Shown: positions 42,976-51,978 of the stretch, piece after piece
How positions within the stretch are numbered: the first letter of the stretch is position 1
Layout: each line of letters begins with the position of its first letter
Origin: an uncultured Olsenella sp.
Lineage (GTDB): Bacteria; Actinomycetota; Coriobacteriia; Coriobacteriales; Atopobiaceae
Assembly: GCA_949287905.1 (NCBI GenBank)
Contig: CASEHX010000009.1
Coordinates: 23,365 to 87,364, forward strand
DNA: 64,000 nt
Direction: 5' to 3'
Position numbers and translations under genes: made by a program
The notes under the pieces: model-generated
The model's database searches: none
What the model saw: the letters and a program-made list of their open reading frames with translations, nothing else
What the model was told of the DNA's origin: nothing

Positions 42976-44475
42976 TTTTTCGCGAATGAGGCCGTCGCGG
43001 ACCTCCCAGGTGCGACTCGTGCAGGCATCGAGGAACCACCGGTCGTGGCTCACCAGCACGAGCGCGCCGGGGTAGGCGGCGAGCGCGCGCTCGAGGGCCT
43101 CGGTCGAGTGCAGGTCAAGGTGGTTGGTGGGCTCGTCCATGACGATGAGCGCGGGGTGGCGCAGGATGCCCTCCGCCAGCATGAGCTTGCGCAGCTCGCC
43201 GGGGCTCGTGCGACCGCCCTCGAGGATGCGGTCCGGGTCCGAGTTGAGCTGCGCCACCGTGGAGAGCACGCGCCCGCGGTCGGCGGGGGTCAGCGCGGTC
43301 ACGCGCCCCACCATGACGTCGCGTGCCTCCGTCGGAAGCTCCTGCGGGATGTCCAACACCTCAACGCCCTGTCCTGCATCAGCCGCCTGGGCGAGAAGGA
43401 CGCGCAGGTGCGAAAGGAGCGTGGACTTGCCGGCGCCGTTGGGTCCGACGACGCCCACGTGGTCGCGGCTCCCCACCCAGAGCTCGGGGATCTGGAGCGT
43501 GCCCTCCGGTCCGCAGGGGATGGTCGTGGCGGGAACATGTAGCACGGTGCGTCGGCGCGAGGGCTCGGCGTCCACCCAGAGGTCGCCGCCGTAGCGCTTG
43601 GTCACGCGCGCGGCGGCCAGGCGCTCCTGCGCGGCGGCTACCCGAGCGTCCATCTGCGAGGAGAGGCGCCCGGCCTGACCGTCCTTGCCGGTGAAGATGG
43701 CGAGGTCTATTCTGCCCTTGGCGTCGCGGTCCTTGGGGTCCAGTCTGCGCTTGCTGCGCCGCGCGTCGGCACGTGCCGCCTCGTGGGCCCGCGCGTCCTT
43801 CTCGGCGGAGAGGCGTGCCAGCTCGCGCTTGGCGCTCGCCCGCTCCGCGACGGCCGTCGCGCGCTCGAGCTCCGCCTGGCCGTGCGCCGCGCTGTAGCCG
43901 CCCTGCCGCACGACGATTCCCCCGGGCTCGAAGGACGCACAGCGCGTGGCGAGAAGGTCCACGAGGTCGCGGTCGTGGCTCACGAGGATCCCGATGCCTC
44001 GGAAGCGCGCGAGCGCCGCGCCCAGCTCCTCGCGGGCGTCCGCATCCAGGTGGTTGGTGGGCTCGTCCGCCACGAGCACGTCCGGGCGGCCCCAGAGAGC
44101 AACCGCCACCTGCAGCTTCTTGCGCTCGCCAAAGGAGAGCTCGTCAAAGCGCCAGGGCATGTCGTCCTCGATGCGGAAGGCCTCGCGCAGCTCGCGGGCC
44201 TCGCGGCCGTAGTCCAGTGCGAAGTCCGCGAGCCCCTCCGGCGGCTCGTCGGCGTCCTGCGCCACGTAGGCGCAGACCAGACCGCGCGTGACGGAGCCCG
44301 CGTCCGGAGCGATGAGGCCGCACGCGATCTTGGCCAGCGTGGTCTTGCCGCAGCCGTTGTCGCCCAGAAGCGCGGTCCAGCCGGTGGGGAAGGTGATGGT
44401 GACGTTGTTGAGGACGGCCTCACGGGCCGCGGGATAGGCGTAGCACACGCCGGAGAGCACAAGCTGCATAGACAT
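42973..44475 (-). CDS. ABC-F family ATPase (two ABC domains, no TM domain)
   Basis: LLGDNGCGKTTLAKIA and VVGPNGAGKSTLLSHL (two Walker A motifs), LSFGERKKLQVAVAL and SPGELRKLMLAEGIL (two signature motifs), plus an Arg/Glu-rich inter-domain linker. The start is ATG 44475 or 44469. Confidence 0.9.
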   Translation of the reverse strand: MSMQLVLSGVCYAYPAAREAVLNNVTITFPTGWTALLGDNGCGKTTLAKIACGLIAPDAGSVTRGLVCAYVAQDADEPPEGLADFALDYGREARELREAFRIEDDMPWRFDELSFGERKKLQVAVALWGRPDVLVADEPTNHLDADAREELGAALARFRGIGILVSHDRDLVDLLATRCASFEPGGIVVRQGGYSAAHGQAELERATAVAERASAKRELARLSAEKDARAHEAARADARRSKRRLDPKDRDAKGRIDLAIFTGKDGQAGRLSSQMDARVAAAQERLAAARVTKRYGGDLWVDAEPSRRRTVLHVPATTIPCGPEGTLQIPELWVGSRDHVGVVGPNGAGKSTLLSHLRVLLAQAADAGQGVEVLDIPQELPTEARDVMVGRVTALTPADRGRVLSTVAQLNSDPDRILEGGRTSPGELRKLMLAEGILRHPALIVMDEPTNHLDLHSTEALERALAAYPGALVLVSHDRWFLDACTSRTWEVRDGLIREK

Positions 44476-44664
44476 CTCTTTTCTGGCGAGGCGCCGAGCG
44501 GGCGTCCTTCTCGCCATCAGGGGTTTCTTAGCTGAGGATGTCTAGCGAATGCGCACGGCTCTCCTGCTCTCTGCCGGTCCGACGGCGGCGCCACCCGCGC
44601 TGCGAGGCCCATTCCTCGCTCGGCCGACGCCGCCAGTATCCCGCGCCCGCGCTTGGGCGTCAAG

Positions 44665-44693
44665 TGATACAAAGGGACAGTCCCTTCGTAACA
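44665..44693. repeat. palindromic hairpin element, family P (degenerate, P12)
   Basis: tgatacaaagggacagtcccttcgtaaca. It ends 12 nt before the ATG 44706 and abuts the RBS GGGAGG. Confidence 0.65.
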
Positions 44694-44705
44694 TCGGGAG
44701 GTAGC

Positions 44706-46730
44706 ATGAGGCAGGCGGTCGTGGGGCTCTTGGCGCACGTCGACGCGGGCAAGACCACGCTCGCGGAGGCCATGCTCGCCGCCGCGGGGGCCATCCGCAA
44801 CCCCGGTCGCGTGGACAGCGGCAGCTCCCACCTGGACACCGATGCCATGGAGCGCGACCGCGGCATCACGATCTTCTCGTCCAGCGCGTCGCTTGACTGG
44901 GCGGGCGCCCGCGAGGAAAACGGCGCCCACCTCATGCTCGTTGACGCACCCGGCCACGTGGACTTCTCCGCGGAGGCGGAGCGGACGCTTGCCGCCCTCG
45001 ACTGCGCCATCCTGGTGGTGGGTGCAAACGACGGCGTGCAGGGCCATACCGAGACCCTGTGGGACCTGCTCGCACGCTACGAGGTGCCCACCTTCGTCTT
45101 TGTGAACAAGTGCGACCTGGAGAACCCGGGGCGAGAAGAACTTCTCGCCGAGCTGGCCTCGCGGCTCTCGCCGGGCTGCGTGGACGCATCCGCGCTGCTT
45201 GCGGGCGACATGGGTGCGCTGGAGGACGCAGCCTCGACGGACGATGCTGCGCTCGAGGAGTGCCTGGAGACCGGCGCGCTTGCGTCGGACACGCTGCGGC
45301 GTCTGGTGGCCGGCCGCGCGCTCTTCCCGGTCTTCTTTGGTGCCGCGCTGCGCGACGACGGCGTGTGCGAGCTGCTCGACGGCGTGTGCGCGCTTCTCGC
45401 CGAGCGCTCATGGCCGGAGGAGTTTGCGGCGCGCGTCTACCGCGTGAGCCGCGGTTCGCGCGGCGAGCGCCTTGCCTGGGTGAAGGTCACGGGCGGCACA
45501 CTGCGCGCGAAGACGCAGGTTGCGGGCGTGGACCGTCGCGGCGAGCCGTGGGCCGAGAAGGTCAACGAGGTGCGCCTCTACCAGGGCGCGAATTTTGAGA
45601 CCGTGGCAGAGGTGCCCGCCGGGCAAATCTGCGCCGTCACCGGGCTGAGCCACGTGGTGCCGGGAAGCGCCTTGGGCGCGGAGTCGCAAGCAGCGCGCCC
45701 GTTGCTCGCTCCCGTCCTGTCCTACCAGGTGATTCCCGAGCCCGGTGCGGACGTCTCCGCTCTTGTGCGGGCCCTGCGCGAGCTTGCCGACGAGGATCCC
45801 ATGCTCGGCGTCACGTGGCAGGAGCAGCTCCAGGAGGCGCACGTCCAGCTCATGGGCGAGGTCCAGCAAGACGTGGTCGCGGAGCTCCTGCTCGAGCGCT
45901 ACGGCTTTGCGGTGACCTTTGGGCCTGGCGGCATCCTCTACAAGGAGACCGTGACCGCACCCGCCGAGGGCGTGGGCCACTTTGAGCCGCTGCGCCACTA
46001 TGCCGAGGCGCGCCTCCTCGTGGAGCCGCTGCCGCGCGGAACCGGCGTGGAGTTTGGCACGCGCTGCTCCACGGACGACCTCGACCTCAACTGGCAGCGC
46101 CTCATCCTCACCAACGCCATGGAGCGTGACCACCTGGGCGCGCTCACGGGCGCGCCGCTCACGAACGTACGCATCACGCTGCTCGCCGGCCGCGCGCACG
46201 CCAAGCACACCGAGGGCGGCGACTTCCGCCAGGCCACGTACCGTGCCGTTCGCCAGGCGCTCATGGGCGCGCGCGAGCGTGGCGAGTGCCAGCTCCTGGA
46301 GCCGTGGTACCGCTTTCGCCTGACGGTGCCTGTCGACCGCGTGGGTCGCGCGCTCACCGACCTCACGCGCATGGCGGCGGAGTTCGAGGCGCCGGCGACG
46401 TCGGGCGACGCGGCAACCATCACGGGCGAGGTGCCGGCCTACGAGGTGGGGGAGTACGCGCTCGAGGTCGCGCGCTACACGGGCGGGCGCGGGCGCCTCT
46501 CGCTCGAGCTCGCGGGCCACCTGCCGTGCCACAACGCCGACGAGGTCATCGCCGCTGCGGCCTACGACCCCGAGGCCGATCTTCCCAACACGCCCGACTC
46601 CGTCTTCTACAGCCACGGCGCAGGTCACACGGTGAAGTGGTATGACGTGCCCGAGCACGCTCACACCGTCGCGGATCCCGCGCGTCTGCGCCCGTATCGC
46701 CCCGCGGACGCCGCGTTCTTCTCGGCGTGA
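44706..46730 (+). CDS. translation-factor GTPase of the TetM/TetO ribosomal-protection-like (EF-G-like) family
   Basis: MRQAVVGLLAHVDAGKTTLAEAML...DTDAMERDRGITI...LVDAPGHVDF...FVNKCDL carries G1-G4 motifs with TetM-like spacing. 674 aa. Confidence 0.85.
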   Translation: MRQAVVGLLAHVDAGKTTLAEAMLAAAGAIRNPGRVDSGSSHLDTDAMERDRGITIFSSSASLDWAGAREENGAHLMLVDAPGHVDFSAEAERTLAALDCAILVVGANDGVQGHTETLWDLLARYEVPTFVFVNKCDLENPGREELLAELASRLSPGCVDASALLAGDMGALEDAASTDDAALEECLETGALASDTLRRLVAGRALFPVFFGAALRDDGVCELLDGVCALLAERSWPEEFAARVYRVSRGSRGERLAWVKVTGGTLRAKTQVAGVDRRGEPWAEKVNEVRLYQGANFETVAEVPAGQICAVTGLSHVVPGSALGAESQAARPLLAPVLSYQVIPEPGADVSALVRALRELADEDPMLGVTWQEQLQEAHVQLMGEVQQDVVAELLLERYGFAVTFGPGGILYKETVTAPAEGVGHFEPLRHYAEARLLVEPLPRGTGVEFGTRCSTDDLDLNWQRLILTNAMERDHLGALTGAPLTNVRITLLAGRAHAKHTEGGDFRQATYRAVRQALMGARERGECQLLEPWYRFRLTVPVDRVGRALTDLTRMAAEFEAPATSGDAATITGEVPAYEVGEYALEVARYTGGRGRLSLELAGHLPCHNADEVIAAAAYDPEADLPNTPDSVFYSHGAGHTVKWYDVPEHAHTVADPARLRPYRPADAAFFSA

Positions 46731-46908
46731 CTGTCTCGAGGTGCCGTCCTGGCGTGATGCAACGTGGGGCAGATGCCTCGGAGGCTTCTGTCTCATCCTC
46801 TAGAAACGCACAGCTCAGCGTAGCTGTCAAAGGGTTTGGACAGGTGGTTTGGCAAACAGCCGGTTGCCATCGCCTCGAGCGTGGGTATGCTTGCCTCAAG
46901 GAGGCATC

Positions 46909-47532
46909 ATGGACGAGCAGCGTACATCTCGGCAGGTTATAGGATCCCGCATCCGAGAGCGTCGCGAGGCAGCGGGCATCTCCCAAGGCGAGCTGGCCAA
47001 ACGCGCCTTTGTGGCACGGCAGACCGTAAACAACTGGGAAACGGGAAAGACCCTCATCGACGTGCAGAGCCTTGCACTCGTTGCCGAGGCTTTGGGTGTC
47101 TCGGTGAGCGAGCTACTAGGCGAGAAGGGCGTCGAAGCTGTGCGCGCCGAGGCAGACCTCCGTCATCGTCTCATCGCCCTGCTTGTGGGCTATGGGCTTC
47201 TCACGTTCCTTTGGGCGGCGCTGGTCGTGACGGGGGCCGCGCTGAGTGATTCGGGGGCCGAGACGGCCTCTCTCGTACTGAGCGCAGCCGAGCTCTGCCC
47301 GCTGGTCGCAGCGAACGCATGCTGGTTTGGGCTTTGGAACCTCATGAAGGAGCATGACCTTCTCACGGCGACGCAGCTTGTTGCATTTCTTGAGGGCCGC
47401 GACCTCAAAGGCGGCCTGCCACACGGCTTTCTCTACGACTGCGTCTTGCCTCATTGGAGAGTCTGGGAGCTCCTGCTGTGGGTCCCGCTCGTCATCATGT
47501 ACGTGACGGTCCTTCTCTCCTCCGCGGCTTAG
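46909..47532 (+). CDS. membrane-anchored XRE-family HTH regulator
   Basis: ATG 46909 after AAGGAGG. IGSRIRERREAAGISQGELAKRAFVARQTVNNWETGKTLIDVQSLALVAEALGVSVSELL, then 3-4 TM helices. Confidence 0.8.
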   Translation: MDEQRTSRQVIGSRIRERREAAGISQGELAKRAFVARQTVNNWETGKTLIDVQSLALVAEALGVSVSELLGEKGVEAVRAEADLRHRLIALLVGYGLLTFLWAALVVTGAALSDSGAETASLVLSAAELCPLVAANACWFGLWNLMKEHDLLTATQLVAFLEGRDLKGGLPHGFLYDCVLPHWRVWELLLWVPLVIMYVTVLLSSAA

Positions 47533-48524
47533 ACAAAGTCGTACGGCATGCGACGCGCGAAGAGGAAGAAGAGCGCAAACACGGGCCAGAGGATCGGGAA
47601 GAAGAAGTACGCGGAGCCGAGAACCACGACGCGCAGCACGTAGAACACCGCCCGTCGCGCACCCTCGCGCTCGCGCGTCTCGCAGCTCATGCGCACGAAT
47701 GCGCCTCCGGGCGTGGAGCCTGCGTGCCGCCAGGGCGCAACCAGCTCCACCCAGAGAAACGTCGCGTACAGCACGAGGTCCATGGCGTGCGAGCGCACGC
47801 CCTCCGAGGCCCCGAGCATCGTCAGAACAAGGCCGATCGCGCCGCCGGCCACGAGGGAGACGAGCGTAACGAGCAGCGTGTCCAGCCAGAACGCCACGCA
47901 ACGTCGCACGAAGCCGGGCGTGTGCGTGATCTCGCCCTCCTCGGCGAGAGCGCCGGGCGGGAGCACGCGTGCGAGTGCTGTCGCGCAGGCCCAGCCAAGC
48001 GCCGCGCCTGAGGTGTTGTAGATGAGGTCGTCAACGTCGGCCGTGCGGTAGGCGTAGGGGTAGATGCCAAAGAGCCCCGTGCCCTGCGCTGCCTCGATGA
48101 GGAGCGATGCCAGAAAGCCCACGAGGACGGACCTCCAGAACCCCCAGCGCAGGAGGCGCCCCGCGATGAAGCCGAGCGGCATGAAGAGCACCACGTTGAA
48201 CGCGATCTGCGGCAGCGTGCTCACACCCTCGCGTGCGAAGTCGCCCACGAACGCGAACGGGTCGAGCTGCCAGGGAACGCCGTAGGTTATTCCGAGTCCA
48301 GATTCTCCGCTTGGCAGCGGGTACAGCGTGAAGCATCCCAGTCCCAGCACGTAGAGCACTGCCAGATAGGTTGACACAGCCGACCCAAAGCGCAGCCGCC
48401 CGTCGCGGTGATAGAGCCAGGCGAGGATCGGAAGCGTGAGCAGGAAAGAGGCCAGGGGCCAAAGCATGAGCGCCAGGAGGAAGTTGTCGGTATATCCGGC
48501 AAGGAAGCGTCTGATGAGGTTCAT
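47529..48524 (-). CDS. VanZ-like domain fused to RDD-family membrane domain
   Basis: 331 aa. NVVLFMPLGFIAGRLL...LLIEAAQGTGLFG...RTADVDDLIYNTSGAALGW is VanZ-like. The C-terminal FVRRCVAFWLDTLLV... is RDD-like. Confidence 0.8.
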   Translation of the reverse strand: MNLIRRFLAGYTDNFLLALMLWPLASFLLTLPILAWLYHRDGRLRFGSAVSTYLAVLYVLGLGCFTLYPLPSGESGLGITYGVPWQLDPFAFVGDFAREGVSTLPQIAFNVVLFMPLGFIAGRLLRWGFWRSVLVGFLASLLIEAAQGTGLFGIYPYAYRTADVDDLIYNTSGAALGWACATALARVLPPGALAEEGEITHTPGFVRRCVAFWLDTLLVTLVSLVAGGAIGLVLTMLGASEGVRSHAMDLVLYATFLWVELVAPWRHAGSTPGGAFVRMSCETREREGARRAVFYVLRVVVLGSAYFFFPILWPVFALFFLFARRMPYDFV

Positions 48525-48643
48525 GTCGTCCGTTCTTCTCGATGTTTAGAGACCATTGTGAGCCAAGGGGAAGCGGCCCGCCATCGACGTGCCTTGTGGT
48601 TGAGTGACGTTTTCAAAAGATTTGTGCGTTGGCCGAGAAGGAC

Positions 48644-48746
48644 GGGTGACCCGGTGATGCTTTTCGCCCTGAGAACGTCCATTCCGCGCGCCTGCGCCCG
48701 TATCGCCCCGCCGACGACCGACGCCGCGTACTTCTCCGTTAACTGA
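48644..48746 (+). pseudogene. degenerate relic of the 3' end of a TetM-like GTPase gene
   Basis: ccgcgcgcctgcgcccgtatcgccccgccgac...gacgccgcgtacttctccgttaactga aligns with 46678-46730 (ccgcgcgtctgcgcccgtatcgccccgcggacgccgcgttcttctcggcgtga). Upstream, ggtgacccggtgatg matches ggtcacacggtgaag. The relic reads ARLRPYRPAD, a 7-nt insertion, then DAAYFSVN-stop, compared with ARLRPYRPADAAFFSA-stop in the intact gene. Confidence 0.5.
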
Positions 48747-49104
48747 GCAAAAGTCACGCTTTGAGCGCCAAGAGCGCGGCTTTTGCTCAGCCTGCCTTTG
48801 CAGTACAGACGCGTGGAGGGTTTCTTGAGGCACCTTGTCCCCAGGGCTCGTGTGTGTCATAGTCGCAGGCATAGGGGCGCGTCATGCGCAGATCGAAGGA
48901 GGTGCGACCATGAACGACCGAAGTAGCGATGCCTGCGGTGCCGGGTCGCACCAACCTCGTGCGGCGGTCATCGAGGCGTCTGCCCTGATCGCCTAGCAAA
49001 CAGCCCAACCACAACCTACCCAGGCAGGGCGCAAGCCCGGTTGCGGCCCGCCCGCGGGCATCCCCTCGACCAGCCGGAACCTAAGGTATTGGGAGGTACG
49101 CAGG

Positions 49105-51888
49105 ATGCCGAAGACCATGCTTATCCATCACATCAAGAATATAACCATAAAGGGCAACAGGAACGCCGGGGACGCACTGCGCGACCGTGGCGAGAAGAGC
49201 GCGGTCGCTCGTCGCGGCGAGCTGGGCTCCGCCCTCGAACATGCCGCCTGCGCCGAGAAGCGCGATCTTCTCGCCAGCCTCGGCAGCTCGGTAGATGGAA
49301 TCACCTCTGCCGAGGCCGCGCGTCGCCTTGAGCAGAACGGCCCCAACTCGCCAACCGAGCGCCGTCGCCTGCCGCTCGCGCTGCGCCTCGCGGTGAGCTT
49401 TGTGAGCCCCTTCACGCTCATCCTCGCAGCGCTCGCCGCCGTCTCGCTCTACACCAACGTCATCCTCGCCGCTCCGGGTGACGAGGACCCCTCTACCTGC
49501 GTCATCATCGCGGTGATGGTTGCCATCTCGGGGGTGCTGCGCTTTGTGCAGGAGGACCGGGGCCTGGCCGCGGCGGAGTCTCTTCGCAAGCTGGTGACCA
49601 CCACGTGCTGCGTGGAGCGGGCGGGGGAGCCCGAGCGCGAGGTGCCCTTCTCGGAGCTCGTCGTGGGTGACGTCGTGCGCCTCGCCGCGGGCGACCTCGT
49701 GCCCGCGGACGCCCGCGTCATCGAGGCAAAGGACCTCTTCCTCAACCAGGCGGCGCTCACCGGAGAGAGCGAGCCCGTAGAGAAGACCGCCGACCCGCGC
49801 CCCGCTGCCGCGAACGGCAGCGTGCTCACCGTGGGCGACTGCGGAAACATCGTCTTCACCGGCACGAGCGTGGTCTCGGGGTCCGCGCGCGCCGTCGTGG
49901 TCGCAACCGGCGACGACACGTACGTGGGGCGCGTCATGGGCGCCTGCCGGGAGCGCCCCGCCCAGACGAGCTTTGACGCCGGCGTTGCCTCGGTCTCCCG
50001 CGTGCTCGTTGCGTTCATGCTGGTGATGTGCCCCGTCGTGTTTGTGCTCAACGGCCTCACTAAGGGCGACCGGCTCTCCGCGCTGCTCTTCTCGGTGTCC
50101 GTTGCCGTGGGCATCACGCCGCAGATGCTTCCCGTGATCGTGACCACCTGCCTCGCCCGGGGCGCGCGCGAGATGGCCCGGCACGAGGTCATCGTCAAGG
50201 ACCTCGCCGCCATCCAGAACCTGGGCGCCATGGACGTGCTGTGCTGCGACAAGACGGGCACGCTCACCGAGGACCGCGTGATCCTCGAGCGGCACATCAA
50301 CGTGGAGGGGCACCCGGACGACCGCATCCTGCTCCACGCGTATCTCGTGAGCCATTTCCAGACGGGCCTGCGCAACCTCATCGACGAGGCGATCATCGGG
50401 CGCTACGAGAGCCTTGCCGAGAAGGACCGTGAGCTCGCGGGCGTTGCCTCGCCCTACCGCAGGGTCGACGAGGTCCCCTTTGACTTCGAGCGCCGCCGCA
50501 TGAGCGTGGTGATCGAGGACGAGCGGGGAAAGTCGCAGATGGTGACCAAGGGCGCCGTGAGGGAGGTGCTTGCCGCGTGCTCGCACGTGGAGCTTGCCGA
50601 GGGGGTGCGCCCGCTTGACGGCAGGCTGCGCGCCCGGCTGCTCGCGCGTGCCGAGGACCTTGGGGAGCGCGGGATGCGCACCATCGCCGTGGCGCAGAAG
50701 GCCGACCCGCGCCCCGTGGGCGCCTTTGGCCCGGAGGACGAGCGCGACATGGTGTTCATGGGCTACCTTGCGTTTCTCGACCCGCCCAAGCAGAGCGCCG
50801 CGGGGGCCATCGAGCGCCTCACGAAGGCGGGCGTCTCGGTGCGCGTGGTGACGGGGGACGCCGAGGGGGTCGCGGCATGCGTGTGCCGTACGGTGGGCAT
50901 TCGCGTGGAGGGCGTGCTTCTGGGGCCCGAGGTCGACGCGCTCGACGATGCCGCGCTCGCCGTCCGTGCGGAGGAGACCCAGCTCTTCGCGCGCCTCTCG
51001 CCGCTTCAGAAGGCGCGCGTGGTGAGGGCGCTCAGGGCCGCCGGCCACGTGGTGGGGTTCATGGGCGACGGCATCAACGACGCGGCTGCCATGCGCGCCG
51101 CGGACGTGGGCGTCTCCGTGGACACCGCGGTAGACGTTGCCAAGGAGAGCGCGCAGGTCATCCTCACGCGCAAGGACCTCTCGGTGCTCGTGCGCGGGGT
51201 GCGCGAGGGCCGGCGCACGTACGCAAACACGATCAAGTACATAAAGGCGACGGCGAGCTCCAACTTTGGCAACGTGCTCTCGGTGCTTGTCGCCAGCGCG
51301 TTCCTGCCGTTTCTGCCCATGTCGGCGCTGCAGCTCCTGCTGCTGGGGCTGGCGTACACGGTCGCCTGCGCCGCGCTTCCGTGGGACAACGTGGACGAGG
51401 CGTTTCTCGCCGGCCCGCGCACCTGGGACGCGCGGTCCATCGTTCGCTTCATGCTGTGGATGGGGCCGCTGAGCTCGGTGTTTGATCTCGTGACGTACGC
51501 GGCGATGTTCTTTGTGGTGGCACCGACGGCGGCGGGCGGACCATGGGACACGCTGGGGCCTGCCGCGGCTGCGGCGTTTGTGGCCGTCTTTCACACGGGG
51601 TGGTTCGTCGAGTCCATGTGGACGCAGACGCTCGTCCTGTTTGCGCTGCGCGGCGAGCGGGTTCTTTCTCCGAAGGGTCGCCCGGCGCGGGCGCTCGCGG
51701 CCGTTGCGGTCCTTGGCGTTGCGGCGCTGACGGCGCTGCCCTGGATCCCGGGCATGTCCGAAGCCCTGGGCCTCGCGCCGCTGCCCGCCGCCTTCTGGCC
51801 GCTGCTCGTCACCTGCGCCGTGGGCTACCTGCTGCTCGTCGGCCTGATGAAGCGGCTCTACGTGCGGCGGTTTGGCTCGCTTCTCTAG
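49105..51888 (+). CDS. mgtA: magnesium-translocating P-type ATPase
   Basis: 927 aa. CCDKTGTLT (phosphorylation site), MTGDAxxxxA-type VTGDAEGVA, and GDGINDAAAMRAADVGVSV. MgtA-type N-terminus and 10 TM helices. RBS GGGAGG. Confidence 0.9.
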   Translation: MPKTMLIHHIKNITIKGNRNAGDALRDRGEKSAVARRGELGSALEHAACAEKRDLLASLGSSVDGITSAEAARRLEQNGPNSPTERRRLPLALRLAVSFVSPFTLILAALAAVSLYTNVILAAPGDEDPSTCVIIAVMVAISGVLRFVQEDRGLAAAESLRKLVTTTCCVERAGEPEREVPFSELVVGDVVRLAAGDLVPADARVIEAKDLFLNQAALTGESEPVEKTADPRPAAANGSVLTVGDCGNIVFTGTSVVSGSARAVVVATGDDTYVGRVMGACRERPAQTSFDAGVASVSRVLVAFMLVMCPVVFVLNGLTKGDRLSALLFSVSVAVGITPQMLPVIVTTCLARGAREMARHEVIVKDLAAIQNLGAMDVLCCDKTGTLTEDRVILERHINVEGHPDDRILLHAYLVSHFQTGLRNLIDEAIIGRYESLAEKDRELAGVASPYRRVDEVPFDFERRRMSVVIEDERGKSQMVTKGAVREVLAACSHVELAEGVRPLDGRLRARLLARAEDLGERGMRTIAVAQKADPRPVGAFGPEDERDMVFMGYLAFLDPPKQSAAGAIERLTKAGVSVRVVTGDAEGVAACVCRTVGIRVEGVLLGPEVDALDDAALAVRAEETQLFARLSPLQKARVVRALRAAGHVVGFMGDGINDAAAMRAADVGVSVDTAVDVAKESAQVILTRKDLSVLVRGVREGRRTYANTIKYIKATASSNFGNVLSVLVASAFLPFLPMSALQLLLLGLAYTVACAALPWDNVDEAFLAGPRTWDARSIVRFMLWMGPLSSVFDLVTYAAMFFVVAPTAAGGPWDTLGPAAAAAFVAVFHTGWFVESMWTQTLVLFALRGERVLSPKGRPARALAAVAVLGVAALTALPWIPGMSEALGLAPLPAAFWPLLVTCAVGYLLLVGLMKRLYVRRFGSLL

Positions 51889-51978
51889 CGGACGACGCGC
51901 CCTTGTCTGCAGTGGGCAAGGGCGCTATCATGTGATGGAAACGTTTCCATACGTGCGCCAGAACGGAGCAGGCCACCC

